The notes under the pieces are model-generated. The model did no database searches, was not told the DNA's origin, and saw nothing but the letters and a program-made list of their open reading frames with translations. From a virus: a stretch of DNA of 64,000 nucleotides. This document shows, in pieces, positions 9,193 through 21,100 of the stretch. The number at the start of each line of letters is the position of its first letter. The stretch's first letter is position 1. The stretch lies in the IMG/VR virus record IMGVR_UViG_3300034108_000503, positions 1 to 64,000 of that record; one strand, given 5' to 3'. A program made the position numbers and the translations under genes.

Positions 9193-12100
9193 ATGGAATC
9201 GATTGATGGAACTGGTCTTCCTTCCCAACCGCAGACGCAGCCGCAGGCTCCAAAGAAGTGGAGCGAGATTGAACAGGAGAGCCTGATCTACTCGCTTCCG
9301 CCTGAGCAGCGGATGCCGATCTTCGACCAGTGGGTCAAGGACACCCAGAACTATCAGCTTCAGGCTGGAGGATTCGACAATCCGGAGTCCTTTCAGAAGT
9401 TCAAACTCAAGGAACTTCAGACCCGTCGCCGCCTCTCTTCCGAGATCGGTGCCGATCCGACTCCCGAGGAAGTCAATGCTGACTACGACAACTACGTCAA
9501 CATCATCAGCAGCGAGCAGCAGAGGCTTGCTGCGAAGGCACCGGATGAGAAGGCGTACAAGGATGTCATCGACGGAAACCGTGGCGCTGCCTTCGTGGGT
9601 GGTCAGATTGTATTCAATCCAAAGGTCACCAAGGATCCTACCGCTTATCGTAAAGCACTTGCAGAATCGGATGCTCCTGATGACATCAAGCTGATCTACG
9701 CCGGGAAGCGTGACGAGGAGGACAAGAAGTCTGTCGTCACAAGACGCAATGAACTTGCATCAAGGGTCATCACTCCGAAGGTTGCCGACAAGGTTGTCTC
9801 TGCAATCCAAGAAGGGAACGAGATCCTCGGCTTTGATGTCGGCACTCCTCAGTCACCTGCCATCGTCAAGGACAAGGCTGGAACATGGTCTGTGGTTGAT
9901 CCTGATTATGTGAACTGGGATGAATCCATTGTCGGTGGAATTGCCACCAAGGTTCTCCCTGCTGCCAATGCCCAGTACAAACCGATGCCGGAACTCAACG
10001 AGTTCCAGAAGAAGTACGGACTGACGGACGAAGAGATCCAGACCGACTACCTTGAAGCGCTCAAGCGAAGCGCACCGACATCCATTTCCCGCTGGGTCAC
10101 CAATGCTGACTCGCTGGAGGACTACGTCCCCGTTCTCAACTCCAAAGTCAGGGTTCTTGATCCTGACGTAAAGCCGAAGGTCTTCGTGCCGAATGCGGAT
10201 CTTGCCTTCGACAAGGAGGCTTACGATGCCGTCGTGGACAAGGCGAAGGCTCCGGATGAAGCAAAGGCTCTCGCCAAGGAAACCAGAACACAGATCGCTG
10301 AATCCATTGCGGCTCCGACATTCGACCTTCTCCTCCGCAACCGAGACGACTTTGCCCCGTATGCCAAGGACGCAAAGGATCCCCAGGCGAAGGTCGCTGC
10401 TGTGTCCAGGTACTACAAGGACAAGAAGGATCAGGCGTGGTACAATGACATCGGTGAGTTCTTCAGCCAGGGCATCGGCGGAATCGGGACCGGACTGACC
10501 AGACTGGTGAATCTTGCGAACGTGGTGCCTGCAATGTTTGGAGACGTGGAAGCTGCTGAACGTGCTGCCGCAGTCCAGAAAGCCGAAAACGAAAAGGCGC
10601 AGGCCGCTGAGATGGTTGGCAGCAGGATGGGTGCGCCAACTACCATCAAGCTGACCCGTGACGTTGCTGCCGTCCTTCCGGATCTCGCGGCTCAGATTGT
10701 GATCTCGATGGCTACCGGAGGTCTCGGTGCTTCCGCTGCTGCCGGATCTCTTGCAGCCAGGACCGGGGTTTCATACACCGCTGCCCGTGGAGCGATCAGT
10801 GCTGCCATGGCAAACGCCGAACGAGGTGCCGTCAGGGCTGCGGTTTCAAGGATCCCCAGCATCGCCGCTGGTTCCGTGGATGATCTTGCTGACGCAGCGA
10901 TTGCTACGGCAAAGCAGATGTCGTCGAAGAATCCTCTCAAGGGAGGACTTGGTCTTCAGCAGGCAGTTTCTGCCGCCACTGCCGGGATGAGCAGCATGGG
11001 AGGAACATTCCCCGAGGTGTACAGCCAGCTTCGGAATGAAGGCATGGCTCCAGCAAAAGCGCTGGATGCAGCAAGGAATGCTGCCGCAATCTCCGGTGCC
11101 ATCACCGGGTTGATCACATACGGATTCTCTGCCGCTGGTGCTGGTGGTGCCGAAGACATTGGCACGATGAGCCAGCGCAAGGCCGGGGACTTTACTGTTC
11201 GCGACTTGGTTGCTGCCGGACTTCCTGATGTACTCAGATCTGAATACGGAAAGCAGGCAGTCATCAAAACTGCGAGGGGAATCCTCGGAAAGGCTGGATC
11301 GGAAGGATTGGAAGAAGGCCTTGATCAGTTCATCGGCGGAATTTCCCAGTACCTCACTAACCCGTCAGCAGAAGCGCAGGACAAAAAGGTTTCGGACATC
11401 ATCCAGGAGTCGCTCTACGCTGGCGCACTTGGATTCATTGTCGGTGGTGGTGCTGCTGTCGGTGGACAGATCAGGCAGACTGCCGGGGGTCTTACTGCCG
11501 CTCAGATTGAAGCGGAGATGGCTGGACTCACTGGTGCGCCACCCGCGCCACCTGCACCTGCAACGCCGCCGCCACCAGTTGCTCCTGCTGCCGCACCTCC
11601 TGCTGCTGGTTCAACTCCACCTGCGCCTGCCGCTCCCGGTGCTGCTGCCGTTCCGCCAAGCCCAGCGCCACCACCAGCAGGTGCCGCCACTGTTGTCTCG
11701 CCAACCGGAACGACGACGGTATCCACTGCCGCGCCAAGTACCGTTGTGTCGGCTCAACCTCCGGGTGCAACAAGGCTTGCCACTCGTCTCGCGTCTCAGT
11801 TTGGAGTGGACATCACAACCGTCACTCCGTCCGGGGCAAACAACACCGTCACGCCGAATGACATCCGTAATGCTGCTCGGCAAAAGCAATTGGCAGAGGC
11901 AGAACAGAATGGCGTTGCGCCTCCTGAAGAACTTCCGCTTCCTCCACCTCCACCGAATCCGCTGCTCAGTGAAGCTGTCGGCATGCAGATTCAGTACGAA
12001 GGCTACGAAGGCACGCTGATTGATGACGAAGGCAGGCCCGCCTTGCAGACACCGGATGGAACGGTCATTGACATTCCGGCCACGTTTCTTGCTGACGAGG

Positions 12101-15100
12101 CAGTGAATGCCCTCGGCATTACAGTCACCGGAGATGCAGCGCAGGATAGAGCAGAAGTGCTTCGCATGTACGGCGAAACGGAAGGCGAGGCATTGCAGAT
12201 TATCTTTGGCGGCATCACGACGGACACTGATTCCGTTGTCGATATGGCTGAACTCGGCGTCTCACTGCTGCAACGCAAGGGACGCAAGACAATCAGGGTG
12301 CAGAACACACCAGAGTTCGCACGCATGGCGAGGGGAATCACGGACGAACAGATCCTCCTTGCCGAAGAGCAGATCACTCAGGCAATTGAAACCACTAGAA
12401 CCCAGACGGGAATCCCAGATGACCTCAAACAGAAAATCACAGCCAAACTTGAGGGAGACCTCAACATCCTCTCCCTCTTCATCGAGTCCCGCGACTCTTG
12501 GCAGAACGGACTCGTTCCTCGCGACATTGGCGTACCTTCGGAAACAAGGCAAGCCACAGCCGCAAGCCAAGCCCCAGCCCAGCAGACAAACCCCGCCGCA
12601 GTAAACGCAGCGTCAGTTGCTGCTGCCGTATCACAAGTTCCCGGCGCATCAATCACTGGTGCCGCGCTCCAACAGGCAGCGAATACTGCTCCTCCGGTTC
12701 CTGTTGAGGTACCTCCTGCTCCTGCTCAACAGCCAGTTGAAGCTGCTCCCGCTGCGACACCTGCCGCCCCGACCGTGGTCGAAGAGCCTGCTGCGGAAGC
12801 GAAGGCAGTCACCCGCGATGCGACGAAGCCGGAACAGATGACGAAAGATGAACTTTCGGCATTCAGAAAATCTGAGGCAATAAAAACAGCTAAAGATGAT
12901 CTTTCAAAAGCAAAAGACGGAACAGATAATCCGTATGCGTTTGGATTCAAAAGCAAAGCGGCGCTAGTAAGGGCAAGAGAAGATGCTTTACAAAAAGCAA
13001 CATCGGAAGATCAAGACCCTGATGTTTTCGGAACTGTCATTGAGGCGGCAAATCAAAAGCGCCCAATATTTGCCGGATTGATTGACTCTCTGAGTGATGT
13101 AGACCGGACAATTTCTCCCGGTCCAATGGGAGAACCAGGCGGTGTTGTGCGATCTGCAAGGAAGCAATTGATCGACAGTATTGAAGAAAAAGGATACGTC
13201 AAAGAAGGTGACCTGTATGTTTTCAAAGGAGAAAGCGAAACCGCTTCCGTAAAAGCAACAGAAGAGCCTGCCGTGGAAGCTCCGGTTGAAGCGACCGTGG
13301 AAACCAAACCAACAGAAGCACCAGTCGCTCCGGTTGAAGCTGCTACTGAACCTGTAGTCGAGCCTGCCGCTCCGAAGGAAGAAGCCCCAGCCACTGCCCC
13401 GAAGGCAGAGGCACCAGTCGAAGAGCCGAAGGCGGCGGTTGATATTGAGTTCGTAGAGGGAGACGCAGCGGAAGACGCTGATATTGTCTTTATGGTTTAC
13501 AGCGCAAATAACTATTACACCCTTTGGTTCAAGCAGAAATCCAAGGACAAGACAGCAAGACCAGTTTATGTAAAGAACCTACCATCAAACGAGAAGGATG
13601 CTTTCTCTGAAGCAAAGCAATACGCATCAAAAATTGCATCAACAGGCAAAATTCCGCAGGCTTTTGTCGGGAAAATTGATGTATACAAATTCAATACTGT
13701 CGGTCTCATCGACAAAGTTGTTGAAAGAGAAAAGCTCTCAACTCCAGTTTCACGGAATCTTGGTGATTCAGAAATCAGGTACGGCGAGTACGCTGGCAAA
13801 ACAATCAATCAACTTTTGTCCGGCGAAGAAAAGGAATTCGATTACGTTTTTTCCAATCTGATCAAAACCAACTTCTTTTCCAGCTACATTGCATCTCTGC
13901 CTGAGTTTGAGATCTTCAAGCAGAAACAAAAAGAGAAAGCCAAGCAAGTAGTCACAAGCGAAAGCAAGGCGGCTCTCAAAAAAGTTGGATTGAATGTATC
14001 AATCAACGAGGAAAGCGGGGAGATTCAGATCTCAGGCAAGACATTCGCATGGAGAGAAAAGCTCTCTTCCGTAAAAGGAAAATTCAACTATGAAGACAAA
14101 TTCTACTCAGTCACCCCAGAAGGATACAGACAACTTGCAGAAGAGATTGGAGGAATTAAGGTTTCTGATGGCGGATACGAGCGAGGCATCCCGGCTTATG
14201 TCACAGATGAAAGATATCGAAGACTTCGCAGAGAACGAGAACAGGATCCTGACAGAAGCGGACTACCTTCCGCTCCTGGACAGTATGTCTCGGTAGGAAC
14301 ACAAGATCTTCTCCGCAAAGGAGAGGAGTCCGGAATGCCTTCGTTTGTTATTGAGGAACAGATTGAAGATGTTGCCTTGATCAAAAGGGCATACACCGAA
14401 GGCAAACCTTTGTTCCTTCTTTCAAGCGAGCCGGGTTCAGGAAAAACCTACGTTCTTGGTGCAGCGATCAGGGAATTGATTGCCGCTGGCGCAAAGAAGA
14501 TCAATTACATTACTCTTAACGAAAACCTGATTGAGCAAATCAAAGCGGATCTTGCTGAGTATGGAATTCAGGATGTTTCGTTCTACACATACGACAGCAT
14601 CAAAAAGAAAGATGTTGGCGAAAGTGATGTTTTGATTTTTGATGAAGGTCACGCAATCAAGAATATCGGGAAAGGAACCGGGAGGGCAAAGAAAGGCGAG
14701 AACTTGATTCGCAGATCAAAGTTCACATTGGTTTCTTCCGCTACGCCATTTGAGAACCCGCTTGAGGTGGAGTATCTTGATGCGGCAGGTGTCTTTGATG
14801 ACAAGAACGAATTCCCGGAGGGGTTTGATGACTTCGTCTTGGCTTTTGGTGGATACGTTTTTTCAGTGACTGACTCAAGAGGAAACACGGTAAGTAAACT
14901 GGAGTTTGCAAGAAGCAAAGGATCAAACGAGGATCTCATGCAGGCCCGCGAGTTCTTCAGAAAGCGAGGAATGCTTACTACAAGAAGAACCAAGCTCGAC
15001 AGCAGCATGGTTGATGTTCAGCAAAAGAAAGTCCCTGCCGACAAATATTACGTTGATATTTTCAACGCCATCAACAAAGCCAAGGAAGACAAACAACTTA

Positions 15101-18100
15101 CCGTTTACGCGAGGCAGTGGTTCGTCAACTTCCAGAAACGACTTCTTGAAGCGTCAAAGATTGACTCTGCGATAGGTGAGGCGAGGAACGCAATCGACGA
15201 AGGAAGATACCCAATCATTTTTGTAGAAACGAAACAAGCAAAGGATTTCGATATCGACAAACTCGTAAAAGATGAGTTTGAGTACCAAAGGACAGTCGCA
15301 AGAGCGAAGATGATGGATGACTCCCCTCCTCCTCGTTCAGCATTTGATCTTCCTCCTGAAGGTGTTGTTGATGTTTTTGAAGAGGCAGTAAAGTCCTTCA
15401 AGATCAAGAATATTTCAATTCCTTCAATCAACGACAAGATCATATCGGCTTTTGGGAAGGAAACTGTTGCGTTCTTTACTGGAGATTTCACGGACCTTCA
15501 GGCGAAGAAGAATCTTTCCGAGTGGAGGAAGGGAACCAAGAAGCTGCTCGTCGCCACAATGGCAAAGGGTGGAACTGGTCTCTCATTGCATGACAAATCC
15601 GGTGATCATCCAACAACGCAGATCAATGTAAATCTTCCATGGTCGGCAACTCAATTCACACAGGTGGCCCAAAGATCCGCTAGGTACGGATTGAGATCGA
15701 AAGCCAAAATGATGTGGCTTTTCACCGACGAGATCGATTTCGACAGGAAGCTCGCAAATCTTGTTGGTGGAAGAATTCAAAGCATGAGCGCTTTGGTTGG
15801 CGGAAAAGAAAGCAAGATCGGAGAGACTCTTGAAGAGTGGAATATTGCAGACACGACTGACTCTGAGCGCAAGGACGTTAAGCCGACAGAGAAGCCAGCA
15901 GAGACAGCAGATGGATCGCCGGATCCAAATGCCACCGATGATCTGAGTGTTTCGCGAAGCACTGGTCTTCCGTACACTCCCGGAGAAGCACGCAAGGCAG
16001 GTGTCACCCGAATCGCCAGCGACCTTGGGTTGGTCAACGGGAACCAGGAATCTGTCTTCAGCGCTCTGGAGAAGATCTCTAAGTCCGGCAACCGCAGGCA
16101 CAGGAAGGTAGCCAAGGATCTGCTCAAGGTTCTGCAAGGCACTGATGTGACCGTCCAGATGATCTCAGTGGATCCATCCAAGAACGGATGGTTCGACCCG
16201 GCAACCGGAACGGTCTACCTCAACCTCGATGGGCCGCATGAAACTGGCATCGTCGAGACGCTGCTGCATGAACTGGTTCACGCCGGAACCGAGAGGGCAA
16301 TCAGCAATCCGGTCACCCCGGCGCAGAAAGCATTGGTGGATTCGCTCCAGAAGCAGATGGATTCCGCAAGGAAGGCGGCAGCGGATCTGATCAAGTCCAA
16401 GCTAGGCAAGGACGTGGATCTGACCAACTGGCGAGGACTGGTCAATGCGGCGAGGATGCTCAATGACTACGACTTCTTCGACGTGGTCTACGGTCTCTCC
16501 AGCCTGAGCGAGTTCGCAACCCATGCGACCACCAGCAAGGCGTTCCAGAAGTTCCTGAGCGGAGTCGGCAAGGATGGCAAACCGCTGGGTCTGTTTGATC
16601 GCTTTGTCCGTGTGATTGCCAAGTACTTCACCGGGCAAACAGACATTGCCACTGATGTCTACAACGACATCATCAGCCTCATTGGATCTGCCGACAAGGG
16701 ATCGGTGCGGATGCCGAACATCAACCGTGAGAAGTTTGGCGGGTTGGTTGGAAAGCCTGCGTCCGAATCCAGAGGTGTCACTCCTCAGATGGATGCGGAG
16801 TATATGTCCGCCGTTGAAGGCGGCGACACCAAGACCGCACAGAGATTGGTGGATCAGGCTGCGAAGGCGGCTGGGTATAATGGTGATCTTTGGCATGGAA
16901 CAAAATCTGAAAAAATAGGTGAGCTTTCCTTTGATGAATCAAATGAAGGATTTCATATCGGAACCAAAAAGGCCGCCGCAGAAAGACTGAAGTACATAAA
17001 TAAAACGCTTCCAGAAATGCGGCAGTCTAAGGATAACCTAATCAAAGTTTCAATAAAAGGAAACTACTTGACTGTTCCTGATGTCGGATACGGATATCTT
17101 GTTGACTGGATTGGAGCCGCTCAGGATGCGTTGCCAGTTGAAGGCCAGGAGATTGATGATCCATTCGATGTTACGCAGGAGCAATTCACTGAGTGGCTCA
17201 TGAAGAATGGGTACTCTGGGTTGAGATATGTAAACGAAATAGAAAATGCAGGAAGTACTAGTTATGCTGTATTTGATTTTGGTAGCGTGAAATCAACTGA
17301 GCCGATCATTAAGGACGACGCTGGTAACGTCATCCCGCTCTCCCAGCGCTTCAATCCTCAGTCTCCAGATATTCGCTTCTCCGAATCCAGAGGCATCATT
17401 GACCAGCAGCTTGCGCTCTACGCTCCGGACCTCAAGGTCTTCGTCGAGCCTGGGGTCAAAGATCCGATTGCGTACAATGGCATCGGCCTTGTGATCAACG
17501 AGGAAGCGGTCAGCGAGATGGACGAAGACGACGTGCGCCTCCAGACCCAGCGTGCCGCTCTTGCGTCGAGGTTTGCCGCTGACAACCCGCTGGCTGCGGA
17601 TGTGATCCAGAAGCCTGACCTGCTGTTCCCTGCGCTCATGGGTGATTCTGTGCGTGCTGGAGTGGCGAGATCGCTGATGGATGCCAGTCGCTTTGCTGCC
17701 GACAATGGGATGCAGCCTCTTGCGATGGATCTTGGGACCAAGGCTGATGCCTTTGGAGCCACCGGGATCATGCTGTCCGAGGCGAGAGGAGTGCCACCTG
17801 ATGGAGTCAGAAGGTTTGATCTTGTGGATGCTGTCCGCGCAGCAAAGGCTGGCGAAGCGTCCACTCCATTTGTTGCCCTGAACGAGGCGATCAACGCAAA
17901 CACCGAACTCACGCGACGGATCAGGGCTGAGAGTGAGCGGAGGAAAGCACCATACGCCAGAGGCAAAGGAGCGATCCTCCAGCAGATCATCACAGCAGGT
18001 AATTCCGGGCGTCTTCCAAAAGAGGCAATCAAGCCAATCACCGACTTTGTGAACTCGGTATCGGAGAAGGCTCTGGAGGATACGAGAATCTCACTGTCCG

Positions 18101-21100
18101 TAAAGCCAAAGAGCAGCACATTCGATTTCACGGAGTCCCTTGTGACTTTGGCTCTGAACGGTCTCGGTTCTTCTCCGAATGAGATTGACCGGACTGCTGT
18201 TCATGAATTCTGGCATGGTCTCTCCCGCTTTATTCCCGATGAGGAAATCGAGAAGATGCGCGTTGATTACGTCAAGTTCGTCAAGAAATACATCGCCAAG
18301 AATCCGTGGTTCGTTCCGTTCATTGGAAGGACGCACTTGAATGAGGATCAGTACGACGATTTCTCCAGGATGCTGTCCAAAGAGGAGATGGACTCAATCC
18401 CGTGGAAAGAATGGGAGACTCTTGATAACGGGAAGCGGGTGCGCGGAATCAAGTGGGACAAGGAGAACTACCGTCTCTTCCGCCTTGATGAGTGGGTGGT
18501 TGAAACCATGGCGGATCTGGTGCGCCGAAAGCAGGAAAGACCAACGACTGTCCTTGGTAAGATGGCTCGCCTGATCCGGGACTTCATTGACACGCTGAAG
18601 CAGGCTCTCGGTGATCCGTACCTGCGTGCGCTGGATGCGATGACCATTCCGGACGAGGCGTTCAATGCCGTTATCGAAAGGGATGGTCCAATTGAAAACA
18701 ATCCTCCCGTGATGTACGGAGGCGTAGCCGAAGGGATGAACAATCAGTTCGTCCTCGGAATGTACGCTGGCGAGAAGTCGCTGGAGAATATGCCAGAAGA
18801 ACGCAGGGCGTTCATGCAGGATTCCCTGAATTCAGCAAGAGCAATGGCTGCGGCTGGCAAGACAAGCGAGGAGATCCGTGCTGTGACCGGATGGTTCCCC
18901 GGAAAGTACGACGGCAAGATGCGGTGGGAAGTGCCGGATAATGAAGCGGAACTTAGGCTTTCTGAATACAGACAGAAAAGAAAGGACGGAAGCTCACAGG
19001 AGGATATTGTCCGTGAATTTTTTCAGGCAAAACAGCAATCCGCAATGGAGCTTGCATTAAAAAAAGCATACAATCTTAAAGGCAAAGACTTGATTGATTT
19101 TAGCCGTAGGTTTGATTCTGAAAAGAAAAAAGAAAATCTCGGGGTTTATTCGTTTTATCTAAATGAGGAGAATAGAAGCCGAGGAAGAATTCCTCTCAGC
19201 TATATTCTTAAGCATGATCAATTGTTTGATCTGTACCCAGAACTTAGGTTTATGCCAGTGTCGTTTAATGCAGACGACATGGAGGCAAGTCCATTTGCCA
19301 TTGGCGCATTCAACAGTAGTTTTAATGGAATTTCACTAAATCCAATATATGCTTTTGAAAATGAACAGGATGCTTTATCGACTGTTCTACATGAAATTCA
19401 GCACGCAATTCAAAAAACGGAGGATTTCGCAAAAGGAGCATCTCCGGATTCATATTTGTTTGCTGATGTTGCATATAAGGATTGGCTTCTCAGGGCAGAG
19501 CTTGTCCAGCTTTCAGATGAAATGAACAAGCCGCTATCTGAGGCTGTTGAAATGTATAAACCATTCCCTCAAGATTACGAATCATTGCAATCAGCACTCA
19601 AGGCTTATAATTCAGATAATGATTTCAAGGATTCCGTTTCAGTAAATATTAAATACTGGAAACCAAGGGGTTCTGTAAACATGTTTGATGCGTACACAAA
19701 CACCGCAGGCGAAATCGAAGCCCGTGATGTTCAGGCAAGGCAAGCATTGACACCCGAGCAGCGTGCCGCTGTTGCACCATACAGCAGCGAGAACATCGCT
19801 CCGGAAGATGCGATTGTCAGCTACTCAACCGCCAGAGGCTACACCCCGGCACCCGGCACATATGTTGCGGTCCCATCCAGCGGATGGATGGCGGCGACCG
19901 GATGGATTGCGTCGAAGTTCAGATCCAGAGGCAACCTCACTCAGGCTGGGCTTGAGGTCACGATCATGAACGAGCAGGAGAAGAAGGCGGCAGCAAACGC
20001 GGCACGCTTCCTTGGCAATAATCTCGGCAAGCAGATTGAGAAGGTCTTCGGAAGGACCGAGAAGGACACCAAGAACTTCCGGGTGTTCACGACTGATGCC
20101 AGCGGCAAGCCCTCGTTTACCAGACCGTATGCGTCTCGGGCCGAGGCCGATGCCTTTGCTGCGAAGATGGGGTACACCGACTTCATGGTAGCCACCCCGG
20201 AGGAACTGATGAACATCGCCCTCGGGAACAGCATGCCGTCGCTGACTCCGAAGCAGGAGGAGGAGCTTGAAGCTATTCGCGAGCGCGGGATTGCTGCCGT
20301 TCAGGCGAAGACCGACAAGCTCACCGAGCAGTACCTCCGCGATAACGCTGCCCTGATTGAGAAGATTCGCAAGTCCGGCGGAACTGCTGCGGAACTCGAC
20401 AAGCTCAAGGACAATCGTGAGATCTTCCAGAAGGAGATGCTCAAGTACAACGATTCCCTGAAGGCTCTCTTTGAGGAAAAGTACAAGGAAGTGAACCGCA
20501 AGTTCATGCTGGAGAACAAGGAGAAGTTCCTTTCGCTTCAGGCGAACGCCAAGATGTTCCTGCCGGATTCCATCCTCAATGAAATCGAAGAAGCCAGGGC
20601 GGCTATCGACGGCAGGTCCAGGGAGATTGCCGGGATCGACTACCTGATGAAGGACGGCATGATGCGGATCGTGTTCTCAGCACAGGAGGGAATCTACGTC
20701 ACCCGTGCATACGAGGCGTTTGAGGCGAAGAATCGTGAGGACTACGTTAACTTCCTGAACGAAGCGTACCGCTCCACGGTCGAAGGCGAGATGGTTGGCG
20801 GTAAACCGCTGAAGTACCGCGAGGTTGCGCGTGAGCGGATCACTCCGCTGGTGAACGTCCTCACCGGGAAGATCATTGAGAAGCGGGCAAAGGACATCAT
20901 TGCGGAGCAGAATGCTGACATGGTCAGCGATCTCCGTGATGAGATGAGGATCATGGATGAGAAGTCCATGTACAAGAAGGACAGGAAGGACAAGGAGATG
21001 GACATGTACTTGTACCTGAGCGACGAGTACATTCTGGTCAGGGCAAAGAATGAAGTGAAGCGCAGGCGGGCGCAGTACCGCAGGGAGTTCATCCGAGGGA

